Source of the DNA: Candidatus Omnitrophota bacterium
Lineage (GTDB): Bacteria > Omnitrophota > Gorgyraeia > 1-14-0-20-64-10
Reading direction: 5' to 3'
Length of the DNA: 55,270 bases
Assembly: GCA_016196465.1 (NCBI GenBank)
Contig: JACPXR010000035.1
Coordinates: 1-55,270, forward strand
The notes under the pieces are model-generated. The model was not told the origin of the DNA. It saw nothing but the letters and a program-made list of their open reading frames with translations, and made no database searches. The position numbers were made by a program, and so were the translations under genes. Of the stretch, positions 37,446-49,904 are shown in pieces (position 1 is the stretch's first letter; every line of letters begins with the position of its first letter).

Positions 37446-37527
37446 GGGCACGTGGCGGAACTGGCATACGCGCATGCTTGAGGGGCATGTGCCGCAAGGC
37501 TTGGAGGTTCAAATCCTCTCGTGCCCA
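37446..37527 (+). tRNA. tRNA-Leu (anticodon GAG), type II with long variable arm; CCA not encoded
   Basis: Acceptor stem GGGCACG/CGTGCCC with discriminator A. Anticodon stem CATGC/GCATG with loop TTGAGGG. Variable arm GCC-GCAA-GGC. T-arm GGAGG-TTCAAAT-CCTCT. TATAAT at 37428-37433 upstream. Confidence 0.85.
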
Positions 37528-37598
37528 TGTTCCCTCCCCCCTCGATTTCTTCCCACACCTCCCGCCTGGAGATGGCATACTTCTTACAGAAGGGAAAA

Positions 37599-39431
37599 AT
37601 GACACCGACAGCCCTCTGGACAAATCCGGCATTGCCTCCGGTGGTGGTGGGGATTTTGACCGCTCTGCTGGGGGGAGGCGTTCTCATCCGGGAGCGGGGT
37701 TCCCTGGTGAGCGCCGCCTTCTGCCTGATGACGGCGGTGGGGGCGGCCTGGCTCCTCGCCTCGGCGGCGATGCTGAGCTCTCCGGATGAGGTGACGGCGC
37801 TGCGGTGGGCCAAGATGGAGAATGCCGCGGTCGTCATCATCCCCAGCGCCGTGTATCTGTTCACCCTGGCGGTGGCGAGGCGATTCCGGTCGCTTCGGTT
37901 TTCCGCCTGGTTGAGTCTGGCCGTTTCCGCCGCCTTTTGCGCTGCGGTGATTTCAGGAGACCGGTTCGTCGTCGGGATCCAGCGCTACCCTTGGGGATAC
38001 TTCGCCCGCTACGGCACTCTCAGCTTTCCTTTTCTGGCCTTCTTCTTTTCCATGATGGTCTGGAGTCTGAGGCTCTTTTGGATGGAGTACCGCCACGCAG
38101 AATCCTCTTTGCACCGCCGCCGGTTCAAGGCCTTTCTCATCGCCTTCAGCATCGCGTATCTGGGATCGGTCGACTATCTGCCGACCTATGGGATCCCTGT
38201 TTATCCCTTCGGGTACCTCCCCGTCTTTGTGTTCCTCCTCATCGTCGCTCAGGTGATCTGGCGCTGCCGGCTGGTGGACATCACGCCGGCTTTCGCGGCG
38301 GGGGAGATCCTCCGGACGATGAGAGAAGCCCTCATCGTGGTGGACCGGGAAGGGATCATCCGGGTGGTCAACCGGTCCGCCTGCGAGATGTTCGAGCGTC
38401 CGGAGGGGGAACTCCTCGGCAGGCCGATCTGGGCGGTCGACAGGGGAATCTTCTCGAAAGAAAAGCTGGACTCCTTTCTCCGGACCAACGTGATCCACGA
38501 CTACGAAATCGTTCGTTCCTTTCCCCGGCATGGAAACCAGATCCTGGAGCTTTCCACCTCGGCGATCCGGGAGGCAACCGGCGAACCCGCGGCCCTCCTC
38601 TGCATCGCGCGGGACATCACCGAGCGGCGAAAAGCCGAGGAAGAGCTGAGTCGCGCCCATGAGAGCTTGAAGAGATCCCATCAAGAGCTGAAGGCAGCCC
38701 AGCTGCAGCTCATTCAGGCGGCCAAGATGGAGTCGGTGGGCCGACTGGCCGCCGGGGTGGCTCACGAGGTGAAGAATCCTCTGGCCACCATCCTCCAGGG
38801 CCTGGATTATCTGCAGCGCCATCTTTCCCAGCAGGACGAGGGAACGGCGAGCGCCCTCCAGTACGGGAGGGAGGCCCTCCGGCGGGCCGATACCGTGATC
38901 CGGGGACTGCTGGATTTCTCCACCGCTCGGGAGCTGGAGCTCAAGGAGGAGAACCTCAACGACGTCATGGAGCAGGCGATTCTGCTTGTCAAGCACGAGC
39001 TGGACCGGTCGCACATCCATTTGATCCGGGAGCTGGCGGAGAATTTACCGAGGGTCCCCTTGGACAGGAACAAGATCGAGCAGGTCTTTGTGAACCTTTT
39101 CACCAACGCCATTCATGCCATGCCCGGGGGAGGGGTCTTGACGGTCCGCACCTGGGCGACGCAGCTCGTGGTCGCCGCGGACGTGGAGGACATCGGCAAG
39201 GGAATTTCCGAGGAACATCTTCACAAGGTGTTCGACCCGTTTTTCACCACCAAACCGACCGGCAAAGGGACCGGCCTGGGCTTGACGGTGGCCAAGAACA
39301 TCGTCCAGCTTCATGGGGGATCTCTCCGGATTGAGAACCGCAGCCAGGGGGGCGTGCGGGCCACCTTGAGGTTGGGCGCCGGAAAGGAGGCAGGCACCGA
39401 TGGAAAGAAAAAAGAGAATTTTAATCGTTGA
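37599..39431 (+). CDS. sensor histidine kinase, N-terminal 7TM-type membrane module + PAS + HisKA/HATPase
   Basis: Multiple TM helices, a PAS segment (ALIVVDREGIIRVVNRSACEMFERPEGELLGRP), H-box AHEVKNPLATI, and G boxes. The track start 37521 overlaps the tRNA, so ATG 37599 (or 37572) is preferred. Confidence 0.85.
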   Translation: MTPTALWTNPALPPVVVGILTALLGGGVLIRERGSLVSAAFCLMTAVGAAWLLASAAMLSSPDEVTALRWAKMENAAVVIIPSAVYLFTLAVARRFRSLRFSAWLSLAVSAAFCAAVISGDRFVVGIQRYPWGYFARYGTLSFPFLAFFFSMMVWSLRLFWMEYRHAESSLHRRRFKAFLIAFSIAYLGSVDYLPTYGIPVYPFGYLPVFVFLLIVAQVIWRCRLVDITPAFAAGEILRTMREALIVVDREGIIRVVNRSACEMFERPEGELLGRPIWAVDRGIFSKEKLDSFLRTNVIHDYEIVRSFPRHGNQILELSTSAIREATGEPAALLCIARDITERRKAEEELSRAHESLKRSHQELKAAQLQLIQAAKMESVGRLAAGVAHEVKNPLATILQGLDYLQRHLSQQDEGTASALQYGREALRRADTVIRGLLDFSTARELELKEENLNDVMEQAILLVKHELDRSHIHLIRELAENLPRVPLDRNKIEQVFVNLFTNAIHAMPGGGVLTVRTWATQLVVAADVEDIGKGISEEHLHKVFDPFFTTKPTGKGTGLGLTVAKNIVQLHGGSLRIENRSQGGVRATLRLGAGKEAGTDGKKKENFNR

Positions 39432-39774
39432 CGATGAGCAGCCCTTCACCCATCTTCTGAAGCTCAATCTTGAGAAAACGGGGGCTTATGAGGTTTCCGT
39501 GGTCCATTCGGGAAGGTGCGCCCTGGCCGCCGCCAAGTCCTTCAAGCCGGACTTCGTTTTTCTCGACATCATCATGCCGGATGAGGACGGTGGCTCCGTG
39601 GCCGCTCAGCTTCGGGCGGACGAAGAGCTCTCCAACACCCCGATCGTCTTCCTCACCGCCGTCTTGTCCAAGCAGGAGGTGAGCACGAAAGGGGGCTCCT
39701 TGAGCGGTCACGCGGTGATGGCCAAACCGGTCAGCGTGGAGGAAGTGACCGCATGCATCGAGAAATGGACTTGA
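39400..39774 (+). CDS. CheY-like response regulator (receiver only)
   Basis: RILIVDDEQPFTHLL...FLDIIMPDEDG...AKP. 124 aa. Overlaps the kinase 3' end. Confidence 0.88.
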   Translation: MERKKRILIVDDEQPFTHLLKLNLEKTGAYEVSVVHSGRCALAAAKSFKPDFVFLDIIMPDEDGGSVAAQLRADEELSNTPIVFLTAVLSKQEVSTKGGSLSGHAVMAKPVSVEEVTACIEKWT

Positions 39775-39813
39775 AGATGGCGTGTGTTAAACTATTCTCC
39801 GCGTCCATTGCCG

Positions 39814-40974
39814 ATGCCGCGAATCCATCTGGACCACCTCAACAGCACCCCGCTTCACCCCCGGGCCCTTGCCGCCATGAAGGCGGCTTTGGAACTTTCG
39901 GGGAATCCCTCTAGTCTCCACACCGAAGGCAGGGCCGCCTTCGTGGCGCTGGACAACGCCAGGCGCCAGGTGGCCCAACTGCTGCGAGCCCGCTCCGAAG
40001 AGATCACCTTCACCTCCTCCGGCACCGAGGCCAACACCCTCGCCCTGAGGGGCCTCTCCGGGGCGAACGCCCAGAGGGGCAGGCACCTGGTCGTTTCGGC
40101 GGTGGAGCACCTCTCTGTTTTGCAGACGGTCCGGCGGCTGGAGAAGGAGGGCTGGACGGCGTCGGTGGTCGGGGTCGATTCGTACGGCCGGGTCGATTTA
40201 AAAGCGCTCGAGAAGGCCCTCACCCGCGAGACGGTCCTGGCCAGCATTCAGTGGGCCAACGCCGAGACCGGGACCCTTCAGCCGGTGGAGGAGGCCTGCG
40301 CCCTCGTCAGATCCAAGGGGGCCTTTTTCCACACCGATGCCGTGGCGGCGGCGGGGCAGGTGCCGGTCGATTTAAGCCGAGTCCCGGCCGACGCCGTGAG
40401 TCTGGCGGCCGGTTCCATGGGGGGGCCTCCCGGGGCGGGGGCGCTGTTCGTCCGGAAGGGGGTGAGGATCCTCCCCCTGTTCCTGGGGGGTTCCCAGGAG
40501 GAAGGCCGGCGGGCCGGGACGGAAAACCTTCCGGGAATCCTCGGCATGGGGGCCGCCGCCGAGGCGGCTTCTCTGGAGGGGGGCGCTTCGGGGGAACGAC
40601 GAACCTCTTTACGGGATCGCCTCATTCGCGGTATCCTAGAGAAGGTCCCAGAAACGGGTTTGATCGGTCATCCCACCGAGCGCCTTCCGGGTCACGTGAG
40701 TCTGAGTTTCCCAAGCATGGACGGGGAGGCCCTCATCCTTGCGCTGGACCAGGAAGGGATCGCCGCCGGATTGGGGAGCGCCTGCTCTCATCAGACCTTG
40801 AAGGCCTCCCATGTGCTCAAGGCGATGGGGGTAAGCACCTCCAGGGCCCTGGGGGCGGTGGCCTTCACCCTGGGACGGGAGACGACTGAAGAGGAGATCG
40901 ACCGGGTGATCGAAATTTTGGAAGGGTTCTTAAGAGCTGGTTTCAAAACCTCCCGTGGCCGCGCTGGGCTTTAA
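39814..40974 (+). CDS. NifS/IscS-like class V aminotransferase-fold protein lacking the conserved PLP-binding lysine
   Basis: ATG 39814. HLDHLNSTPLHP, FTSSGTEANTLAL and the Cys loop GSACSH are present. The SxHK motif position reads AAGSMGGPPGAGALFV, with Met at 40417-40419 in place of Lys. Confidence 0.75.
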   Translation: MPRIHLDHLNSTPLHPRALAAMKAALELSGNPSSLHTEGRAAFVALDNARRQVAQLLRARSEEITFTSSGTEANTLALRGLSGANAQRGRHLVVSAVEHLSVLQTVRRLEKEGWTASVVGVDSYGRVDLKALEKALTRETVLASIQWANAETGTLQPVEEACALVRSKGAFFHTDAVAAAGQVPVDLSRVPADAVSLAAGSMGGPPGAGALFVRKGVRILPLFLGGSQEEGRRAGTENLPGILGMGAAAEAASLEGGASGERRTSLRDRLIRGILEKVPETGLIGHPTERLPGHVSLSFPSMDGEALILALDQEGIAAGLGSACSHQTLKASHVLKAMGVSTSRALGAVAFTLGRETTEEEIDRVIEILEGFLRAGFKTSRGRAGL

Positions 40975-41019
40975 ATGCAAGCGACGCAGCGATGCGACGC
41001 ATTTCAGCCCAGCCCTTTT
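40963..41019 (+). terminator. probable rho-independent terminator straddling the stop codon
   Basis: Long imperfect hairpin GCTGGGCT..AAATGC...CGCA-GCGA-TGCG...GCATTT.AGCCCAGC, followed by CCTTTTGG. Confidence 0.45.
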
Positions 41020-41107
41020 GGGTTGCGGCGGCAGGCGGCCATCCCCTTCGTCACTCCTCCTCACCCCCCAAGTTTCGTTTTGCTTCGCCAACGAAACAAA
41101 ACTCTAA

Positions 41108-42594
41108 ATGAAACTCACCGTTGTCACCGGTAATCTGACGCAAAGAAGAGAACCGATCGTTCTCGGGGTAGCCGAGTCGGGCGGGCTTCCCCCCTGGGCC
41201 GGTGGCTGGTCGCCGGCGGTCCGCAGGGCGGTGGGGCAGCTTCTTTCGGCCAAGCGCTTTCAGGGAAAACTGAATGAGACTTTTCTTCTTCCCCTGGGCT
41301 CCCAATGGCTGATCTTGGTCGGCGTGGGGAAGAAAGAGGAGCTGACCCTCGACCGGCTCCGCCAGGCGGCGGCAACGGCGGCCCGCCGGGCCCTTTCGGC
41401 CCGTTTCGAGAAGTTTGCCCGCGGGCTTCTGCCGATTGCGGGGGCGACCCCTGAACAATCGGCCCAGGCGGCGGCGGAGGGGACCCTTCTGGGCCTCTAC
41501 CGGTATGACGAGCTGAAAAACCCCTCCCCCCCAGAGAAGAAGAATCAGATCAAAGAGGTGGTGATGGTGGTGGGCGCCGCCAAAGACGCGGCGTCCGCGA
41601 GGAAAGGGATCCGCCAGGGGGAGCTGATCGCCGGGGCGGTCTGCTGGACCCGGGACATGGTGAATCGCCCTTCCAACCGGCTGACCCCCACGGCGATGGC
41701 CGCGGAAGCGAAAGCGGCTGCCAGGCGTTTTGGTTTTCGCTGTCAGGTGCTGGACCCGGTTGACATGAAGCGCCTGGGGATGAACGCGGTTCTGGCCGTG
41801 GCCCGGGGCTCGAAGGAGCCGGCCCGCTTCATCGTCCTGGAGTACAAGGGGCCCGGCGCCCGGCAGAAGCGGCCGATCGTCTGGCTGGGCAAGGGGATCA
41901 CCTTCGACTCCGGCGGGATCTCCATCAAGCCGGCCGACAAGATGGAACAGATGAAGTACGACATGTCCGGGGGGGCCGCGGTTCTGGGGGCGCTCCGGGC
42001 CGTGGCGGCTTTGAAGCTTTCAGTCCACGTGGTGGGCCTGGTTCCGGCCACGGAGAACCTTCCCGGCGGCTCGGCCCAGAAACCGGGGGACGTGATCCGG
42101 GCCTATGGGGGCCGGACGATCGAGGTGATCAACACCGACGCCGAGGGGCGCCTCGTTCTCTCCGACGCCCTGGGATACGCCAAGCGCTTCAAGCCGGAGG
42201 CGATGGTCGATCTGGCGACACTGACGGGTGCTTGCGTCGTGGCGCTGGGGTATCACGCGATGGGGCTCATGGGGACGAACGGGAAGTTGATCGACCAGGT
42301 GAAACAGGCGGCGAGCCGCTCCGGCGAGCGGGCCTGGGAGCTGCCCCTGTGGGCGGAGTACGGGGAGGCAATCCGCTCGGATGTCGCCGACGTGAAGAAC
42401 GTCGGGGACGGCAAAGCAGGCACCATCACCGCCGGCTATTTCTTGAAGGAGTTTGCCGGCGAGACCCCCTGGGTCCACCTGGACATCGCGGGGGTGGCCT
42501 GGACCGACTCGGATAAGGGATACTTGAATAAGGGGGCCACGGGGGTGGGGGTCCGGCTTCTCGTGGAGCTGGCCCGCCAATGGAAAGGGCTAAG

Positions 42595-42598
<4 letters not shown>
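41108..42598 (+). CDS. pepA: leucyl aminopeptidase (M17)
   Basis: [26 protein letters not shown] and [14 protein letters not shown] motifs. 496 aa. Confidence 0.93.
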
Positions 42599-45518
<2,920 letters not shown>

Positions 45519-45522
<4 letters not shown>

Positions 45523-46571
45523 AGGTCAGCGATCTTGATCCGGTTGACCGGAAACTGCTGACGTTGATCCAGGTCGATTTCCCGCTGGAGCCCCGCCCGT
45601 ACCGGGCCTTCGGGGAGCGTTTGGGGCTCTCAGAGGAGGATGCGTTAGGGCGGATCCGACGGCTGAAGGACGGACACATGATCCGCCAGATCAGCGCGAT
45701 CTTTGACACGAGGCGCCTGGGGTATCAGAGTTCGCTCGTGGCCGCGCGGTATCCCAAGGAGCGGCTTGAGGCGGGGGCCGGGGTCGTCAACGAGCACCCC
45801 GGGGTGAGCCACAACTACGGCAGGAACCACGCGTTCAATCTCTGGTACACGATCGCCCTGCCGGGCGGGGTTTCGCTGGAGGAAACGGTCCAGCGCCTGC
45901 ACAAGCTCTCCGGCGCCGAGGCGACGCGGCTCCTGCCGACCTTGAAGCTCTTTAAGATCGGCGTCCAGCTGGATGTGGCGGGGGAGACGAAACTCTCCGA
46001 TGAGACCGACGGCTCGGCCGCCTGGTCCTGGACGACGCCCCCTCAAGCGGCCTCCTTGAGCGAGGATCAGATCCGGGCGATCCGGGCCCTGCAGGAGGAT
46101 CTGCCCACGGAAAGCGAGCCCTTCCCCCTGCTGGGGCGGGAAGAGGGTCTGTCGGGAAGCGAACTGTTGGAGCAGGCCGGCGCCTTTTTGAAGGCCGGCA
46201 TCATGCGGCGCTACTCGGCGGTCCTCCACCATCGTTCCGCCGGTTTTGTGGTGAACGGGATGGCGGTCTGGAAGGTGCCCACAGAGAGGATCGAGGAGCT
46301 GGGGCCGGTGATGGGAGGGTTCCGGGGGGTGACCCACTGTTATCAGCGGCCCACGTACGAAGATTGGCCGTACACGGTTTTTACCATGATTCACGCCCGC
46401 ACCGGCCCGGAGTGCAAGCAGGTGGTGGACGCGATCGCCGCGAAGACCGGTTTGGGCGACTGCGCGATCTTGTATTCGACCAAGGAGTACAAGAAGGTTC
46501 GGGTGAAGTACTTCACCCGGGAGCTGGACGCTTGGGCGAAAAAGTATTCCTATCATGAGGTACAGTTGTAA
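45519..46571 (+). CDS. siroheme decarboxylase-like protein (fused AhbA/AhbB or NirD/NirL type, Lrp/AsnC fold)
   Basis: Two tandem HTH + RAM-like halves (LDPVDRKLLTLIQVDFPLEPRPY... and LSEDQIRAIRALQEDLPTESEPF...). NEHPGVSHNYGRNHAFNLW motif. ATGA overlap with nadA. Confidence 0.7.
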
Positions 46572-46574
46572 GGG

Positions 46575-48317
46575 ATGAGCGACTACGTCTTTCGGTTTGG
46601 AGGAGAAGGCGGCGAGGGGGTCATCTCGACGGGAGACCTCTTCACGACCGCCTGCGCCCGCTCGGGGCTTGAGATCTACACCTTCCGGAGCTACCCGGCC
46701 GAAATCAAGGGGGGGCACGCGATGATCCAGGTCCGCGTGGCCGACCGGAACGTGCTCCTTTCCCGCGGGGATGAGGTGGATGTGTTGATCGCCTTCAACA
46801 AGGAGGCCTACGACCGCCACGTGAAGGAGTTGAAGCCCGGCGGGGTCCTCCTCTTCGACAACACCGACTTTCTCCCCGCGGAGGATCTCAAGGCGGTCAA
46901 GTACCCCGTTCCCTTCACCAAGATCGCCATGGAGGAGATCGGGGTCCGCCTGACCAAGAACATGGTCGCCTTAGGAAGTTTAAGCGGCCTCTTTGGAATT
47001 CCGTTGGATAAGTTCAAGGAGCTCATCCGGGATAAATTCGGCAAGAAAGGGGAGCAGGTCCTCCAGAAGAACTTCCTGGCCCTGGAAGCGGGCCACCGCT
47101 ACGCCACCGAGAATCTGAAGAAGCAGGAATCGGTCCAGCTGAAACCGACCGGCCGGAAGCCGAAGCTCGTCCTCTCAGGGAACGAATCCCTCTGTCTGGG
47201 CGCCATCGCCGCGGGCCTGAAGGTGTACGCGGGCTACCCCATCACGCCGGCGAGCTCCATCCTGGAGTTCCTCGCCAAGGAATTGCCTAAGGCCGGCGGG
47301 GTGGTGATCCAGACGGAGGATGAGATCGCGGCCCTGGGCGTGGTCTTGGGGGCCTCCTTTGCCGGAAAGAAGGCGATGACCGCCACCTCCGGCCCCGGGT
47401 TTTCCCTGATGGTGGAGATGCTGGGGCTCGCCGTGATGGCGGAGCTGCCGGCGGTGATCATCGACGCCCAGCGGGCGGGGCCTTCCACCGGGATGCCCAC
47501 CAAGGCGGAGCAGGCGGATCTCATGATGGCGATTTACGCGGGCCACGGAGAGGCCCCCCGGGTGGTGCTGGGGCTGACCTCCGTCGAGGACTGCTTCTAC
47601 GGGATCATCCGGGCCTTCAACATCGCCGAGACCTTCCAGACGCCGGTGATCATTCTCTCCGACCAGGGGCTCGCCCAGCGGGAGGCCTCGATCCTGAAGC
47701 CCGAGACGAACGACATCGATATTCTGGAGCGGCGCAAGCCCTCGTCGGAAGAGCTGGGGGAGTACCAGCGCTTCAAGATGACGGAGGATTTCATCTCTCC
47801 GATGTCGGTTCCGGGGATGCCGGAGGGTTTCTACGCCGCCACCGGCATCGAGCACACCGAGGCGGGGGGCCTGAACTACGAGCCGGCCAACCACAACCGG
47901 ATGATGGAGAAACGTTCCAAGAAGCTCGAGGGGGTTCTGAAGTACCCCTGGGCGGTGAAGACCTATGGAGCCGAGCATCCGGAGGTGGCCGTGATCGGCT
48001 GGGGATCGGGCGAGGGGGTGATCCGGGAGGTGGTGGAGCAGGCCACGGCGGCAGGCCTCAAGGTGGGGGCCCTGCACCCGAAGATCCTCTGGCCGTTTCC
48101 CACGCAGATCATCAACGATTATCTGGCCAACGGCACCCGGCGAATCGTGGTGCCGGAGCTCAATTACTCGGGCCAGTTCGCCGCCCTCTTGAAGCAGCAT
48201 ATGAAGCGGACCGACATCGAGGTGATTTCCATGGCGAAGGGCGGAGGAATCCCCTGGAAGCCGGGCGAGATCTTAAGCACCGTCAAGGAGGCCTGCCTGC
48301 CGGCAGGCGGGCGTTGA
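46575..48317 (+). CDS. korA: 2-oxoacid:ferredoxin oxidoreductase, alpha subunit
   Basis: FGGEGGEGVISTGDLF gamma-like N-terminus, then AGYPITPASSILE and TSGPGFSLM motifs. 580 aa. Confidence 0.88.
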   Translation: MSDYVFRFGGEGGEGVISTGDLFTTACARSGLEIYTFRSYPAEIKGGHAMIQVRVADRNVLLSRGDEVDVLIAFNKEAYDRHVKELKPGGVLLFDNTDFLPAEDLKAVKYPVPFTKIAMEEIGVRLTKNMVALGSLSGLFGIPLDKFKELIRDKFGKKGEQVLQKNFLALEAGHRYATENLKKQESVQLKPTGRKPKLVLSGNESLCLGAIAAGLKVYAGYPITPASSILEFLAKELPKAGGVVIQTEDEIAALGVVLGASFAGKKAMTATSGPGFSLMVEMLGLAVMAELPAVIIDAQRAGPSTGMPTKAEQADLMMAIYAGHGEAPRVVLGLTSVEDCFYGIIRAFNIAETFQTPVIILSDQGLAQREASILKPETNDIDILERRKPSSEELGEYQRFKMTEDFISPMSVPGMPEGFYAATGIEHTEAGGLNYEPANHNRMMEKRSKKLEGVLKYPWAVKTYGAEHPEVAVIGWGSGEGVIREVVEQATAAGLKVGALHPKILWPFPTQIINDYLANGTRRIVVPELNYSGQFAALLKQHMKRTDIEVISMAKGGGIPWKPGEILSTVKEACLPAGGR

Positions 48318-48323
48318 AAGCCC

Positions 48324-49166
48324 ATGCCTAAGGTCGCCCCGGCGCAATACAAGACGAAGGTCGAACCGGTCTGGTGCCCCGGCTGCGGAGACTTTGGGGT
48401 GTTGAACGCCCTGTGCAACGCCCTTTCCGCCAAGGAGACAGACCCGAAGAACCTCGTCTTCATCTCCGGAATCGGCTGCTCGGGACGGCTCCCTCCTTAT
48501 GTGAAGTCGTACGGCTTTCACACGGTGCACGGCCGGGTTCTTCCGATCGCCACCGGGGTGAAGGTGGCCAATCCGGACCTCACCGTCGTGGCGGTGGGAG
48601 GCGACGGCGACGCCTTCGCCATCGGCGGCGGCCACATCCCCCACATGGCCCGCCGGAATCCGAGCATCGTCTACCTCGTCATGGACAACGGCACCTACGG
48701 CCTCACGAAGGGGCAGGCCTCGCCGACCGGGCCCCTGGGGATGAAGACCGGCGCCTCTCCTTATGGAACGATCGAGCCCCCCTTGAACCCGATCGCGATG
48801 GCCTTGGGGTACGACATCTCCTTTGTGGCCCGGGCCTACTCGGGGAAGAACAAGGAGCTCGAGGCCCTCATCTCGCGGGCCCTTTCCCACAGGGGATTTT
48901 CCCTCATTGACGTCATCTCTCCCTGCATCACCTTCTACAACACCTACAAGGAGCTTCCGCCCCAGCTTGCCTCCGTCCCGCCGGACCACGATGTGAAGGA
49001 CCGGGCGAAGGCCTTCGAGCTTGCCTTGAAGACCGACAAGATCTACCTCGGGCTCTTCTACGAGGCGGAGCGCCCCACCTTCGAGGAGAGGATCCGGGCC
49101 ACGATCGACCAGGCCGAGGCGAGCGGCATCCCCCGCCTCGACGAAATCTTCCTCGAATTCGCGTAG
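48324..49166 (+). CDS. korB: 2-oxoacid:ferredoxin oxidoreductase, beta (ThDP-binding) subunit
   Basis: WCPGCGDFGVLNAL, GIGCSGR, GGDGDAFAIGGGH and MDNGTYGLTKGQ motifs. 280 aa. Confidence 0.9.
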   Translation: MPKVAPAQYKTKVEPVWCPGCGDFGVLNALCNALSAKETDPKNLVFISGIGCSGRLPPYVKSYGFHTVHGRVLPIATGVKVANPDLTVVAVGGDGDAFAIGGGHIPHMARRNPSIVYLVMDNGTYGLTKGQASPTGPLGMKTGASPYGTIEPPLNPIAMALGYDISFVARAYSGKNKELEALISRALSHRGFSLIDVISPCITFYNTYKELPPQLASVPPDHDVKDRAKAFELALKTDKIYLGLFYEAERPTFEERIRATIDQAEASGIPRLDEIFLEFA

Positions 49167-49184
49167 CCTCCGTTCGTCTCCCCC

Positions 49185-49239
49185 TTGACAAATAGCAGCA
49201 GGGTGTGCCATAATTGTACTAGATGTATGAAACGTACAA
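49185..49239 (+). promoter_or_regulatory. sigma70-like promoter (TTGACA-N18-CATAAT) with overlapping inverted repeat TTGTAC-N14-GTACAA, likely the TA operator
   Basis: TTGACA at 49185-49190 and CATAAT at 49209-49214. Inverted-repeat arms at 49214-49219 and 49234-49239, just upstream of the antitoxin SD GGGAGG (49242-49247). Confidence 0.6.
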
Positions 49240-49252
49240 ATGGGAGGTGCGT

Positions 49253-49495
49253 ATGCGAATTTCTGCCAGTCGGGTCCGTGAAAACTTCTCGGACACCCTG
49301 AATCGGGTCGCCTATCGGAAAGAACGGATTGTGCTTCGCCGCAGAGGAAAGGACTTAGCGGCGGTCGTCCCCATCGAGGATCTCACTCTTCTTGAGGAGA
49401 TGGAGGACCGGATAGATCTCGAGGCTGCCCGGAAAGCACTGAAAGAGAAGGGAACGATTTCTTGGAACAAGCTGAAGGCTAAGCTCGGACTGTAG
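49253..49495 (+). CDS. Phd/YefM-family type II antitoxin
   Basis: ATG 49253 lies 5 nt after GGGAGG. MRISASRVRENFSDTLNRVAYRKERIVLRRRGKDLAAVVPIEDL is a typical N-terminus. Confidence 0.8.
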   Translation: MRISASRVRENFSDTLNRVAYRKERIVLRRRGKDLAAVVPIEDLTLLEEMEDRIDLEAARKALKEKGTISWNKLKAKLGL

Positions 49496-49501
49496 TTCCA
49501 G

Positions 49502-49765
49502 GTGCGATACACCCTCGAATTTAAACCTTCAGCCGCGCGCGAATTCTCTAAGCTTCCCAGACCCGTTCAGGTGAGCATCAGGCCTCGGATTGACGCCTTA
49601 GTAGATAACCCCCGTCCCCATGGTGTAGAGAAGGTTGCCGGCGGGGAGGACCTCTTTCGTATCCGAGCAGGAGATTATCGGGTTGTTTACCAGGTCCAGG
49701 ACGACCGACTCTTTATCTTGGTCGTTCGAGTCGGCCATCGCCGAGAAGTTTACCGAGGCCTCTAA
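49502..49765 (+). CDS. RelE/ParE-family type II toxin
   Basis: GTG start. RYTLEFKPSAAREFSKLP...FRIRAGDYRVVYQVQDDRLFILVVRVGHRREVY. 87 aa. Confidence 0.82.
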   Translation: MRYTLEFKPSAAREFSKLPRPVQVSIRPRIDALVDNPRPHGVEKVAGGEDLFRIRAGDYRVVYQVQDDRLFILVVRVGHRREVYRGL

Positions 49766-49801
49766 CACGTTGCAAGATTACCGTACAGTTTTGCAACGTG
49801 T
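49765..49801 (+). other. perfect 11-bp stem-loop (ACACGTTGCAA / TTGCAACGTGT, 15-nt loop) overlapping the toxin stop codon
   Basis: Arms at 49765-49775 and 49791-49801. No U-tract follows, so it is not a canonical intrinsic terminator. Confidence 0.5.
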
Positions 49802-49854
49802 GAAAGAGCCCTCGGCGCGATAGCAGTTAAACAGAATAAACTCAGATAGTTCCC

Positions 49855-49884
49855 TTGCCAGAATCCCTCCGCTTCGGGTATATT
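49855..49884 (+). promoter_or_regulatory. possible sigma70-like promoter for the giant ORF (TTGCCA-N18-TATATT)
   Basis: Hexamers at 49855-49860 and 49879-49884, about 20 nt upstream of ATG 49905. Confidence 0.3.
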
Positions 49885-49904
49885 TGATTTATCTAGGCAA
49901 CCCG

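Noticed and set aside
41066-41096. Hairpin GTTTCGTT-N10-AACGAAAC upstream of pepA as a terminator
   Set aside because: It is followed by an A-run rather than a T-run on the plus strand, and no minus-strand gene ends here. The better terminator candidate for the upstream gene is at 40963-41019.
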